Notes under the pieces: model-generated | Databases searched by the model: none | Told to the model about the DNA's origin: nothing | What the model saw: only the letters and a program-made list of their open reading frames with translations | Position numbers and translations under genes: made by a program | Origin: Felis catus | Taxonomy: Eukaryota | Length of the DNA: 64,000 bases | Direction of reading: 5' to 3' | NCBI RefSeq assembly: GCF_018350175.1 | Contig: NC_058368.1 | Span: forward strand, 61,258,001 to 61,322,000 | Shown here: positions 11,600 through 23,921 of the stretch, one piece after another | Layout: each line of letters starts with the position of its first letter | How positions within the stretch are numbered: position 1 is the first letter of the stretch

Positions 11600-12960
11600 T
11601 GTGTATATTTTTTTTCACATAGCCAATTTAAATTTTAATTAATGTCTCTACAATTTTGGTTAGCAGTAGATTCCTTAATTTCTCATCATAGCTTTGCAAG
11701 TTTATTATTTCCATTTTTTACTTTATTTTGTTGGTCTTTTCATAGATTTCTGATATTAAAGTTTTGTCCATTTTTTTCTAAGACATTGTAAAGCTACATT
11801 ATTTCATTTGTGAACTATTTGTTAGGTACATTTTATATTTTGTCTTTTTATTTTTATTATAATCTACTGTTGTTTCCCATGTCTGAATGAGATAGCTGTC
11901 CTAAACTATGAAGAGTCACTCCAAGTTATTGTATATAATCTACTTGTTGTGTATATTTCTAGTTTTCTATTTTCGTTTCTACCTGTCTCACTTATAAATC
12001 AAACACCACTATAAAATTTTCTGAACTGTTCACAGGTGTATTTGGATTGTTCATTGTAACCATTTTCTATTTATATGGCATTAATACACTGAGGTCATTG
12101 GATGTGACCTAATTGATCTTATTTGGAATTTCTTGAGATATACTATGTAGGCTGTACATATTACATAGGGTTTTGTTGTTTCTGTTGTTTAGTATATGTT
12201 CATAGGCCTCATATTAAAATAGAGTTAAGCTTGGTATAGAATTATAGTTTTACTTTTTTTTAACATTTATTCATTTTTAAAAGAGAAAGAGCACGAGTGG
12301 GGGAGGGCAGAGAGAGAGGGAGACACAGAATCTGAAACAGGCTCCAGGCTCTGAGCTATCAGCACAGAGCCTGATGTGGGGCTCGAACTCACAAACTGTG
12401 AAATCATGACTTGAACTGAAGTCAGACACTTAAACCAACTAAGCCACCAGGCACCCCAGTATAGAATTATAGTTTATTCCATTTCATTGTGTCGCACATC
12501 TCTGCTAGTGTTAATTCTGGTGACAACTATTCTCATTCATTTGAAGATGGCCATTCTTAATTCTTTGCAAATTTTTTGGATTTTCATTTTGTTTTTAGTG
12601 TTCTGTACATCATGGCTCAGCTTCCCCTTCTGTTCCTCTGTTGATAGGATTATGGGGAGGCTTGCTAAATCTATTCCCACCCCCTATAAAGGGAGACATA
12701 AGATTCCACTGCTTGATTTGGTATTTTCTTGTATCTCCAGTCTAATCTCTATGATGCTCAGTCTTGGGAAGGAAAGAAGGACAGCGCCAAGAACTCTTCT
12801 CAAGGACATTTATCTATCTCACTATTTTGCATCTATTATTTGCTTCTACTATTCTCATCTATAAATAAGAACTTTTATTTCTTCTGAAATGATGAATAGA
12901 GATTCAGGAAATATCCCATATTCATTGTTTTGGGCATCTCCTTTATACATATCAGATTTT
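11600..12960 (-). mobile_element. Very old L1/HAL1-like remnants (interrupted by a SINE)
   Basis: T-rich degenerate sequence resembling antisense old L1. Family not resolvable by eye. Confidence 0.35.
12251..12457 (-). mobile_element. Can-SINE
   Basis: Typical body. Perfect TSD GTATAGAATTATAGTTT at 12234-12250 and 12459-12475. Confidence 0.96.
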
Positions 12961-13299
12961 GCATTTTCAGACTTAAAACTCTTGTTTTTGGTGATGTCCT
13001 ATCAGTTTCTTTCTTTCTTTTTTTTTTTTCTTCAAATTCTTCAGTAGAAAAGAAGTAGCTCTACACATAAAGTTAAGGACTGATAATTTCTAAAGCTTGT
13101 TTAGCAGTGAAGGCTTTGCTAACAGTATCTCAATGATATATGTCCAAAATGTTTGGGTGTACTGGAGTCTACTATATCAGTCTAATGATTAGAGTGTTTC
13201 CTTTGAATTTCCTATTTCCCAACAATTGGACATAAAGTCTAATATCTTATATATCAAGCATGATAAAGTGTTTCAACTTTATTAAACCCACTGTATTAT

Positions 13300-13714
13300 A
13301 GTCCCAGGAACTTAAACTTGCAATTCAGTGATTCTGTAAAACTCCATTTGTGTCTGGAATCAAGATAATGTAAGTTGCAAAGGGGTGTTCATCTGCTAAG
13401 GGGCAGAGAAAGCCAGTGTATAGAGAAAAGAAAGAAGCAAACATACAAAGTGGTGCGGAGATGAGAGGTCATTGTGCTCCAGGGTAGGAAAGAGGGAAAG
13501 CCTGATGATGAGGAAGCTTTGATCCTTGATAGATTTCCACATCTCAATTCTCAGCCCTCAGGAGGTCTGAATGCACTGCCTGCCCTTGTGTCCCACGAAA
13601 TACTGCTGCATCCTTTTCATAAACTTCTTTCCCTTTTGTTCTTTTATTCCATTTTTTTGGCTTAAGGCATTTTAATTCAGTTCTCTAATGAGCCAAGATT
13701 AACCTTGACAAACA
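13300..13714 (+). mobile_element. Old MaLR LTR (MLT1-type) fragment
   Basis: CATAAACTTCTTTCCCTTT...GGCTTAAG...AACCTTGACAAACA ending resembles old MLT1 3' termini. Confidence 0.45.
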
Positions 13715-14424
13715 CGAATATTACTTGTGGTTTACACTGTTGAGAGATTAATTTAGGAGGTTGTGTTTAACACACTGCACAGATACAAGAAAGGAATGAC
13801 AACTTACACACACAAAGCAGATTTTAGTTGTATCTTTCATGCCCTTACTAAATCAACTTTACTTTTAGTTCTCCCTGCTTAATTTTATTTCTAATTCCTA
13901 CCTAGCCAAATTTGTTAGACTATCAACAGGACCTAAAATCATTCTCTATTGATGGCATTGGTAAGCTGTTACTATTGGAAGGAAAACAAAACAAAACAAA
14001 ACAAAAATACCCTGAGGGGTGAATTTTTTGAATCAAGTGAATGTTATGGTAGCACATTTGTATTTCCATCATGCATTCTAATATTTTAATCACTTTAATT
14101 ATCAAAATAAATTGAAACAAATACTATCTCTAAGGCATAAAGATGAATCTCATTTTATTTAAAGGCACACAATTTCATATTTTATACTAAACAAAATATC
14201 AGTCACATGTTCAAAAAAATAAACCTCTGAATATCAGTTATGTAATATAAATTTGATTAAGGTACGTAAGTGATATTAGAAGATTTTAAAACATGAACCC
14301 ATTTTTATATGTTAGCACATCAATTTGCATCATATTATATGAATACACAGTCCTTTGTTATTTGCTCATATTAATAAGAACCTCAAGTATTGTGGAGGAT
14401 ATATTGTCTCCGAATTATTCAAGC

Positions 14425-14620
14425 ACAGCACAGCCTCAAATTATGATTCCACTACTTAATACTTTATGGTTCTGGGAAAGTTACTTAAATCCTGTAAATC
14501 TTAATTTCTACTTTGGGTTTTTGGGGTCCTTATGCTAGATTTAGAAATACAATGTTTTTAAAAACATGAAGCACAATGCCTGGCATATAGTACCCAATTG
14601 GTGATTGATTATTAATATTA
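14425..14620 (+). mobile_element. MIR SINE
   Basis: CTGGGAAAGTTACTTAAATCC...GCACAATGCCTGGCATATAGTA matches MIR with part of the core deleted. Confidence 0.75.
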
Positions 14621-15057
14621 TTAAGGCAGGAGAAGAATAAATGCATAAATTAATATATGCATAACTGAATATTGATTTTTGCCTCCTGTGTTACAAGGTC
14701 TCATGTGTGATTTCTCTCAGGTTTCTTCTCCTGACTCTCCTGACTTGGGAGAGCCTCAACTGCCTCAGAGAAGATCTCTCTCAGATCTTCTGGCCTGAGC
14801 CCTGTCTTTTGGCAAACTGCCCCAAATCACTTGGTGAAGATCCTAGAAAAATATTGTCTGTGTTACAACTCATTCTTTGCCTGGAGAACCTTGGGATTCT
14901 GGCATACCTGCATTAAAAGTTCAACCATGTGTTTCCTGGTTTCTTTTCACACCCAACTGACTGATTCTCTCATTGCTCTACCAGTATGAAGGAGAGTCAT
15001 CAATCTATTCTCTCATACAGTGCTTCTAATTTCTAGCATTTAGCTCTTTTAGGCTGA

Positions 15058-15075
15058 GGCGGCGGCGGCGGCGGC

Positions 15076-15107
<32 letters not shown>

Positions 15108-15138
15108 CTGCTGCTTCTTCTTCTTCTTCTTCTTCTTC
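15058..15138 (+). repeat. Compound trinucleotide repeat (GGC)10(TGC)4TGT(TGC)4(TTC)8
   Basis: Direct count. Confidence 0.97.
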
Positions 15139-15909
15139 AATTGTCAGCTCTCTGAGGGAAAAAACAAATTTTTTGTAGCTTATGAAACATGGGGCTTTTG
15201 GGGTTAGGATGGGAGTAATAGCCTCTTGCGATTGTCTATAACCTATTCTTTTTGTATCTTAACTATAGTAATTTCCTAATTAATTCAAGGTAATTTTGGT
15301 GGAAATAATCAGCCCTTAGACCTCTAGTTATGATTTTCGTGTATAATGTTCTGGAGGAACATAGAAGTTAATGAGAAAATTTGGGTTCAAGTTTCAAAAC
15401 TGATTTTCTCTTGCTCTGTCACACAAACTGCAGCTTTTGTGTATTTAGCAAGGACATTTGCCCTGTAACCATCCCCCTGCCTCGCAAACACCAAAAAGGG
15501 AAATATTTTGATAGGGGAATGAAGCTGTTAGGCAATTTGTTATACTCCCTGAATCCCATCTTCTTTACCAATGAAGCAGGAATAAGAATTTTAAATTTAT
15601 AAAATTAAAGTGGATTAAGAAATAGCAGTAATTTGTGTTACAATCTTTGCATATTAAGTAAAGCTATGTTTTTCTTTGCTCAACAGCTGTGAGAGGTTTG
15701 GGGAGATATTTTGAAACTAAATATTATTTAAAAAAAAGGACTTCAATGATTGAGAATACTGGTGACTAAGAAAATAGTTTTATTGGTGGTGGAATGAGTA
15801 GCTCTTTTTTCTGTAATTTTAGGCAGGATAAATAGACCCTCACAGTACTTTGAAACTTTAAAACAGATGGTTTAGTAAGACCTGCCAGATGGAGGAGATG
15901 TGACAGATC

Positions 15910-16499
15910 AAAGGGTACAAGACCCTGTTGTTGTCTGCCTTCATCACGAAATATATATCCTTCCTCTCTTTCTCTTCAGTCAAGCCGTAATATTTTATTT
16001 GTTTGTTTCTGAAGGATCCACCCTACTTTATGTTGCCACAGTCCTCCAGGGGAGTAGAACTGAGTTTACAAAATAAAATCCTCTTGGTCTAAGCTAAGAA
16101 TGATGGTCCAATACTGTCATCATGGATTGGTTTAGGAGTGGAACTATGACATAATTATTGCCCATTATATAGGAAGAACACAATTGGCAAATTTTTAAAA
16201 GCATTTTCTCACTGAGAAGACGAAAACACTTCAGAAGAGTGTTTTCCTCCCCTCAGCCCTCTATCCTCACCCTTCCCCTGAAACCACAGTAACCACTTTT
16301 ACAATGTGACGGGAAGCAGCAAGGCTTCTGGCAGAGTAAATGGAAAGAAATGGTGACTTTAGTGCCATTGTTGAGTAGTTAGGAGCTCTGGTAACACCTA
16401 TCTTGGAACTTCCTGCTCTGTTAGAAAAAATACTTTCCTTACTTCTACAATTCAGTGGAGACAATATATTTTGTGCATCTGAGAGCATTCTAATGAATA
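15910..16499 (+). mobile_element. Old MaLR LTR (MLT1I/J-like)
   Basis: TTGGTCTAAGC...GATTGGTTTAGGAGTGGAACTATGAC...GAGAGCATTCTAATGAATA features. Confidence 0.6.
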
Positions 16500-17069
16500 T
16501 AAAGATGAGTTCAGTATGAGCCATGAAGTCCCACTGGCTCTGTGGCAATTGGATAGTGAGTACAACGTGATAATTTAAAAAAGAAAATGTGAAAATTGGT
16601 GTCAATGCTCTATGAAAACTGAGATTCTTTATTAGGAAAACACATTGTCAAAAGGAAATTATTTAGAGTATTTCCTTCTCAATTGGATATAATTAATTGG
16701 AAATATTTGAGGTCAGTAATCATACTCAGTTTTATACATCTAGTGCATAGCACGAGCAAAGCATTCAATAAGCACTTAATGAATAATAATAAAAGCATAA
16801 TGACGTTGAAATAATCATTTTGAAGACATTTTATGTCTGCTATACAAAGAACTAGAAAAGGTATAATTTATAACTGATGGTGGACGAGGCAATAATTATT
16901 GAAACACATTACTAAAATAATTGTTGTAGTTGAAATAGGATGTCATGGGATGGAATACAAATAAAACATTTATGATAATATATATTGCTATATAACTATA
17001 TATATGTATATATATATATATGTAAGGAATAAGTCTAGAAGAATATAAATTATAACATTTCATTAATTA

Positions 17070-17275
17070 TTTTTGAAAAGTTTTTATTTTAATTCCAGTT
17101 AGTTAACATTAAGTTCAGTGCTATATTACTTTCAGGTGTACAATATAGTAATTTAACACTTCCATACATCATCTGGTGCTCATCACAAGTACCCACCTTA
17201 AGCTTCATCACCTATTTAACACACCCCACCATCCACTTCCTCTCTGGTAACCATCACCTTGTTCTCTATAGCATT
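17070..17275 (-). mobile_element. Carnivore L1 3' end (5'-truncated)
   Basis: TTCCAGTTAGTTAACA...TTTCAGGTGTACAATATAG...CTCTGGTAACCATCA...GTTCTCTATAG, homologous to the L1 3' UTR at 52750-52910. Confidence 0.85.
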
Positions 17276-18078
17276 AAGTATTATTTAACACCTTAAGTGA
17301 CAGGTATACCTGGTAAAAATTATAGGTCTTCAGCAAAAAAAATTGATTTTTCTAAATTTTCTTTACTTGAAACAAAAACAAGAATTGAGATCTGATTCTA
17401 AAAGGTATAGCCTAAGTTAGTAGAGCTACTCAGAGGAAAATGCCAATTTTTTTTTATCTTATTGTATTCTTCTTTTCTTTCCTTCTACTTTACTTGCTAG
17501 TTATTCTGTCACTATTTATGGCTCCCTATTGTATGATAATTTCTGACATGTCCACCAAAGGCACTATTCAGTGTCTTAGACTAATGTCTCTAGTCTGAGC
17601 TACAAAATGCACTTGCTCACAAAAACCTAGTTTTGGCAAGGAAAGTCTGTAATCTATCACCTTAGAGTGGAATTGAAAAACGTATTACCTAAAGTCAGAA
17701 TATAAGACCTTCTTTGGAGAAATTTAGGAGATCCTCAAACTGTATTATCAGTGGACCTGTGAGTATTCAAAATATAAGCCAGTAGGAAAAATGGAGAATC
17801 TACCTCATCATTCAGATCAAGAGAATCAACTCCAGGGATCAGTTGGAAACAAAATTCAGTTGGAAACTCAAACAGTCCTCCAGGCACTGGATGTAGATAG
17901 GTGACTATTTGTTTTTTTATAAGACTTGAGCTGAGGAAATTAATTATAAATGTAAAAAGATAAAATTAAAATAACAGTAAGGAAAAATAGTAAGGAAAAA
18001 TAGCAGTAAGGAAAATAATTCTTAAAACACAAATGAAATCCTCTGACTAGTGAACAAAGATGATACTCAGAAAATATT

Positions 18079-18080
<2 letters not shown>

Positions 18081-18124
<44 letters not shown>
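18081..18124 (+). repeat. (GT)22 microsatellite
   Basis: Direct reading. Confidence 0.95.
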
Positions 18125-18127
<3 letters not shown>

Positions 18128-19095
18128 GAGCTGGGTACATTGCTTGGGGCTAAATATAGTCTGTATGTTTATATAAGATTCAATCATCAATGCAGTATAT
18201 TATCTGTTATTGAAAACTATATTTAGATATTTTTAGAATGCAAAATGTGTGCGCCCTCCTGACTTGAACAATTTGATGCAAATTCAACAAATTTTCTCAT
18301 GATTAGTTACTTATATATTCAAGAATTTGGATTCAGAAAAATATCTACTTGTGGTCCTCTATTTTTAAAATGATTTGGGAGATTTGTGCTATAAAAAATA
18401 AGAAATGTTAATATTCTATTTTTATTTTGTTTCTCTTTGTATTTGAACACTGATACATTTGAAAGCAACAGCTGGGGAGAGACAAGCAATTTTAGAAACT
18501 GTGGATTCTTTCACAAAACTATATCTAAACTCAAAATATTTCATCTGTTTTTCTAAAATTAGTAACTGATTTATATAAGTTAACTTATTTTGAGAAATTT
18601 TATACACACACACACACATATATATATATATGGCATGTGTGCGTGTGTGTGTATAATTTTTGATAAGTTAGAAAAATACTTGTAAATATCCTTAATTATA
18701 TTCAATTTTATTCAGTGTAAAAGCTTTCACACCATTGCAATACTTTTGGAAATATGGGGCTATAGGATATGTTGGAATATGTGAGAGTCTGAAAATTAAA
18801 CTGATGGATTTTCCTAATGCTTTCACATTTTCCAGTAAATACTTTAGTAATAGTTTATTTATTTTTCTTATTAAGTCCCCAACTATTTCCCACATTGAAT
18901 GGCAATGATTTAGTTACTTAAAATAATGCATATTAACACTGTTATAACCTTGAACAGTGGTATCCAAGAGAATTTTCTTCAATGATGGGAACTTTTAATA
19001 ACTTTACTGTACATTGTGGTAGTCACTAACCACATGTACTGAATGCTTGATATGTGGCTAGTGTAACTGAGGGAGAAAATTTCTATTTTATTTTA

Positions 19096-19324
19096 TTTTA
19101 TTTTATTTATTTTATTAATTTTTTTAATGTTTATTTTTGAGAGAGAGAGACAGAGTGTGAGTGGGGGGGAGGGTGCAGAGAAAGAGAGAAACACAGAATC
19201 TGATGAAGGCTCCAGGCTCTGAGCTGTCAGCACAGAGCCCGATGTGGGACTTAAACTCACGAACTGTGAGATCATGACCTAAGCTGAAGTCAGATGCACA
19301 CCTGACTGAGTCACCCAGATGCCC
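19096..19324 (-). mobile_element. Can-SINE
   Basis: Ends with GACTGAGTCACCCAGATGCCC. (TTTTA)n tail. Confidence 0.93.
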
Positions 19325-19325
19325 T

Positions 19326-19375
19326 ATTTTTATTTTTATTTTTATTTTTTTTTATTTTAATTTTAATTTTTATTT

Positions 19376-19411
<36 letters not shown>

Positions 19412-19580
19412 ATGTGTGAGCAGAGGGAGGAGGCAGAGGGAGAGAGAGAGTGAGAGAGAAAGAAAATCCCAAGCAGGCTCTATCCTCAGCAAAGAGCCCA
19501 ACACAGGGCTTGATCTCATGACCCTGGACTTAAACTGAAATCAAGTCATATTCTCAACTGGCTGAGCCACCACACACCCC
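19326..19580 (-). mobile_element. Can-SINE (older subtype)
   Basis: GAAAATCCCAAGCAGGCTC body, (GA)n, ends GCTGAGCCACCACACACCCC. Confidence 0.92.
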
Positions 19581-19747
19581 TCATTTTATTTTAATTAATT
19601 TAAATAACCACATATGCCTAGTAGCTACTATATTGTATAGCATAGTTATATAACATTGGGAGTAAATATGTATCTTCAGAGTCTTCTTTTTGGGGGAGGG
19701 GTCATCTCAAAATAGAGTACACATAGCCTTCAAAACTGGAAAGAAAC

Positions 19748-19752
<5 letters not shown>

Positions 19753-19782
<30 letters not shown>
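19753..19782 (+). repeat. (GA)n microsatellite
   Basis: Direct reading. Confidence 0.9.
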
Positions 19783-19786
<4 letters not shown>

Positions 19787-19934
19787 TTTGATATTGTGAG
19801 TTAAGAAACAATGATTTCTTACAATGCATGGTCTAATGAAGGGTGTAAAGTGGAAATGGAGAACAGTGGTATACAAGATTAGATAAGAAAAATAAAAGAG
19901 TAGATAGAAATGTTTTGTCTTCACGGTCATTTAT

Positions 19935-20145
19935 TTTACATTTTTTTAAGTTTATTTATTTTGAGGGAGAGAGAGAGAGAGTGAGAGCAGGGAAGAGGTA
20001 GAGAGAGGAAGAGAGAGACTCCCAAGCAGGCTCCTCACTGTCAGTGCAGAGCCGATGCAGGGCTCAAACCCATGAACCATGGGATCATGACCTGAGCAAA
20101 AATCAAGAGCCAGACACTTAACTGACTGAACCTCTCAGGTTCCCC
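19935..20145 (-). mobile_element. Can-SINE
   Basis: CCCAAGCAGGCTCCTCACTGTCAGTGCAGAGCC body, ends CTCTCAGGTTCCCC. Confidence 0.92.
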
Positions 20146-20639
20146 AGCAGTAACTTATTTAAAGACCACATGGCTTGTCTTATGGAGAGGGTGGCATTTG
20201 GTCTCCACTCTGCCCTTCTGCTCCCTGCTTCCTATTCGAGGTAGATTGCCATGTTTATGGTTACAAACTTGGCCTTCAGATATTATGACCTGTTTATTGA
20301 CCTTACTCTCCATTAAAGGAAATATATTTCTTTCTATTTTAAAGGTATATTTGTGTGAATTTAATATAAATAAAAAATTACTTTACTTTATAATCTATGA
20401 AAAGCTAATGTAAAATGAAATCTTCTGTTCTCTAAAGCTCAGTTATTAATTTGCTAAATAAGAATATTTGTTATGTATCTCTTTTAAAGGGGGAAAATAA
20501 AATGTTTGCTTTACCTATAAAGTCAAACATAGCTGTAATTTTCTGCAAAGATAGACTTTAACATAATTGAAAGTAGTAAAATTTATGTCATATTATATAG
20601 CTTTGGAAAGGGCATTGACCTAACCTTATTTGTAAAAAA

Positions 20640-21026
20640 AATTAAATTAAATTAAAAAAAATCATATATGTCGGAAAACTTGTGTGCATCAAAAGACACC
20701 AACAAGATGGTAAGAAGAAAATGCATAAAATGAAAGGAAATACTTACAAACCATATATCTGATAAGAATCTAGTATTCAGAATATATAAAAACAAGTTAA
20801 ATATATAAGGTATTAATATATTTATTAAACATATAAATATATATTAAATATAAAATACATTGCTCAATATACAACTGAACAATTAAAAGACAAATAAATA
20901 TGGACAAAGGAATTGGCGTTTCTCTAAAATGATACAGAAATGGCCAATAAGCACATGGGAAGATGGTCAACATTATTAGTCATTAGAGAAATGCTAATAA
21001 AAACCACAGTCAAATACATTTTCATA
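20640..21026 (+). mobile_element. Old L1 (L1MB/MC-like) ORF2 3' fragment
   Basis: TGTGCATCAAAAGACACC...ATATATCTGATAAG...ATGGCCAATAAGCACATG...CATTAGAGAAATGC hallmark L1 ORF2 motifs. Confidence 0.85.
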
Positions 21027-21031
21027 GTCCC

Positions 21032-21032
21032 T

Positions 21033-21067
<35 letters not shown>

Positions 21068-21126
21068 TTAGATTTTGTTTATTTGTTTATTTGTTTAGAT
21101 TTATTAGATTTGTTTATTTATTAGAT
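21032..21126 (+). repeat. (TTTA)n degenerate simple repeat
   Basis: Direct reading. Confidence 0.85.
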
Positions 21127-21446
21127 TAATATAAATTTGAAATAAAAAGAAAGCAACTTACAGTTAATATGAATTCCACTATTACATGTGTATCCCGACT
21201 AGCTCGAAAGACATAAAAAGTCACTGTGTACTTATACCTACGTGTAGCCTAACTATAAATGTGATAGGAACACTACATGGTAAATTTCAAATCACAAGCA
21301 GCATTACCATGATAATATATTCTCTTGAGATGATGAAAAAGTAGTATAATTTTGAACAAAATACTATATTCCTTCAATTGATGTGGATATTGCATTTTCA
21401 GAATGTTTTGTAGATAGTAAACTCTTGCAAAAATCACTTTTTTATA

Positions 21447-21655
21447 GGGGTACCTGGGTGGCTCAGTCAGTTAACTATCCAACTCTTGCTTTCGGCTCAG
21501 GTCATGATCTCATGGTTCATGAGATTGAGCCCCACATCATGCTCTGTGCTGACAATGCAGAGCCTGCTTATCATTCCCTCTCTCCCTCTCTCTGTGTCCC
21601 TCTCCCGCTCATGCACTCTCTCTCTCTCAAGATAAATAAATAAACAACTTAAAAA
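21447..21655 (+). mobile_element. Can-SINE
   Basis: GGGGTACCTGGGTGGCTCAGTCAGTTAA head. Degenerate TSD AAAAA(T/C)..TTTTTATA. Confidence 0.94.
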
Positions 21656-22497
21656 ACTCATTTTTATATAAAGTATTGTTTAGAAAAACATATGCATATT
21701 TTGTACCACCGTGCATGTTCAGCAGAATATTTAAATGTTCTGGAGGATTAAGGAAAACACTTCTGTTTTGTTTTGTTTTTTTGAGTGATTTGTACATTGC
21801 CAAAGTGTTCAAATCCAAAAGCACAGTGTACATTGCAGATCAAACAACATTCATTGTGGGCTGTATCTCCAAGCCACTAAAAGCAAATAGCAGTATCCAA
21901 TGAATGAGACAGAAAACATCCACAACAACAATTTCTATAATACTCTTATCTCCAGTGGGTGGACCCTTTAAGAACCATTGCTTTTTACACATTTATGTAG
22001 GAATTAAATCCATGCCTCTAACATATACTTTCTCTGTTACAACCTATTTTTTAAAAGCTGACAACTATGATTATTTTCCAAAGTGACATATTCAAGAACT
22101 TGGACATGATAAGAGGAGATATTAGAAAACTTGTTTTAAGACCAAAGCAGACCAAACCCCTGGAGGCTCTGAAGGAGACTGAAGTGATGGAAGAAGAGGT
22201 GCTGGAAATTAGGAAGAGGTTCTTTTGTAGGCTGAGCTCCACCCATCCCATGAAAGAAGGTAGGAGTGCTTCCTAAAGAGAGAAACTCAGTAAGACCATT
22301 TTAAAAGTTTCCACTTGAATTTATCAAAGTTAGTGGAACATAGTGGGATGGTGACCAAGATTCCAAAGAAAAAAATTTTACAGTCTGTAGAAACAGAGGG
22401 CTATTCTATTGATGGCAATAAAGTGGAGAGCTGCCTCTGGGAAAGTAAATGAACTTTTGACATTTCCAGATGCTTATTGCTCATCTCAATCAATGAA

Positions 22498-22583
22498 ATA
22501 CAAGCTCATTAAGGGTAGAGATCTGTTTTGTTCATTGTTATAGCTCCACCATCTAGAATATTGCCTAGAAAATAGTAAGTATT
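22498..22583 (+). mobile_element. L2 3' fragment truncated at a SINE
   Basis: AAGCTCATTAAGGGTAGAGATCTGTTTTGTTCATTG...CTAGAATATTGCCTAG matches the L2 3' end. Confidence 0.65.
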
Positions 22584-22807
22584 GGGGCACCTGTGTAGCT
22601 CGGTCAGTTAAGCTACCAACTCTTGATTTTGACTCAGGTCATGATCTCACGGTTCCTGAGTTTGAGCTCTGCCTTGGGCTCTGTGCTGACAGCTCAGAGG
22701 CTGGGGCCTGCTTCAAATTCTGTGGCTCCCTCTCTCTCTGTCCCTTCCCAGATCACACTCTGTCTCTCTCTCTCAAAAATAAATAAGCATTAAACAATTA
22801 AAAAAAA
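22584..22807 (+). mobile_element. Can-SINE (no TSD visible)
   Basis: GGGGCACCTGTGTAGCTCGGTCAGTTAAGC head, typical body and tail. Confidence 0.94.
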
Positions 22808-23049
22808 CGAGGTGTCAAAATCACTGAGCTACCTGTTGAGCAAGTAATGTCACATAACATCACAATGCACATCTTAGGCTGTCAGAATACTATAGCAGGT
22901 GTGAGATTTCCTCATTGTCCCTTGCATTCTGGGGCAGGGCAGATATAATAACAGAACCACCCATCAAATTTTGGACTATGGGCTAACAGAAGTCATGATG
23001 CAGAAACCATCAACTCTTCTGGCATGAGCAAGGGCTATCCGTTGTTAGT

Positions 23050-23320
23050 TGTTACAGCAGTATGGACTGGCAAAGTGAAGATAATCTGACAAGAAGGAGC
23101 AAAGATGTTGGGCAGTAGCTTGCAAAAGAAGGATTCTTTTTTTTTTTTTTTTTCAATTTTGCTTTTAAGATGGCAGTAACAACAGCATGTTTGTATACCA
23201 GTGGAGATTATCCTGTCTAATGCAAAATAATTATTATGTGGAAGAGGGAGGAAAATTTTAATTGTAGGCAAGATCATGGAAGCTGGTACAAAAATCAAGG
23301 AATTGCCTTTGCAGTGTGTT
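23050..23320 (-). mobile_element. L2 fragment
   Basis: TTTTAAGATGGCAGTAACAACAGCATGTTTGTATACCAGTGGAGATTATCC resembles antisense L2 ORF2. Confidence 0.55.
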
Positions 23321-23384
23321 TGGATAATCCATCTTCGGTAATGACAAGAAGGGCATACTATATGGGTTAGAATCTGGTACACCC

Positions 23385-23921
23385 AAGGTCTGTTGACTCT
23401 ATTTCTAAAATAAGACTTCTTTCCAATCCCTCATAGAGATCCTATGATAATCTTGTCCTTATTTATCCCTTTATTCCTATTAATATGTCTCACATTCACT
23501 GAATATTTATTTAAAATTTATTTAAGGCTTCTCTGTATGCTGCTTCCCTGTATTATGTTTTTATGATACTTTGCCATCTTAAAACATTCATCTTTCAACT
23601 CTCAATTCAAACTTAACATGAATATGTCCTTCAATTACCCCCTTAAGCATTTGCTTTTTTCTCCTGTGATTCCAGGCATAACCCCAAAAATCTTCTTTGA
23701 GTGTCTCTGTATATGACTACTCATTGACTCTTCACTTATCACTGTCTAAGTATTTATTATATTGTATAGTAATGCATCTATTACCTAGATGTATGCTCCA
23801 CTAACTGCATAGTTACGGACCTATTTCCTAATTGTATGCACCACTAGACCATAAGCTTCTTAAGGACAGCATTTCACAGCCTGTCATACCTAGGAGCTCA
23901 ATAAACTTCTATTGAATGAAT
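23385..23921 (+). mobile_element. L2 3' fragment
   Basis: CCACTAGACCATAAGCTTCTTAAGGACAG...GGAGCTCAATAAACTTCTATTGAATGAAT terminus. Confidence 0.7.

Larger units (their letters stand above)
18955..19645. mobile_element. MER3 (hAT-Charlie) DNA transposon split by two SINEs
   Basis: Left half CAGTGGTATCCAAGAGAATTTTC...ATGTGGCTAGTGTAACTGAGG (18955-~19095). Right half TTAATTTAAATAACCACATATGCCTAGTAGCTACTATATTG (19581-19645). Confidence 0.85.

Noticed and set aside
12487..12864. 125-aa hydrophobic ORF
   Set aside because: T-rich antisense old-LINE sequence typically yields such ORFs; non-ATG start.
22067..22276. 69-aa charged ORF (IRKLVLRPKQTKPLEALKETEVMEEEVLEIRK)
   Set aside because: No recognisable homology or convincing splice sites; cannot be supported without a database search.
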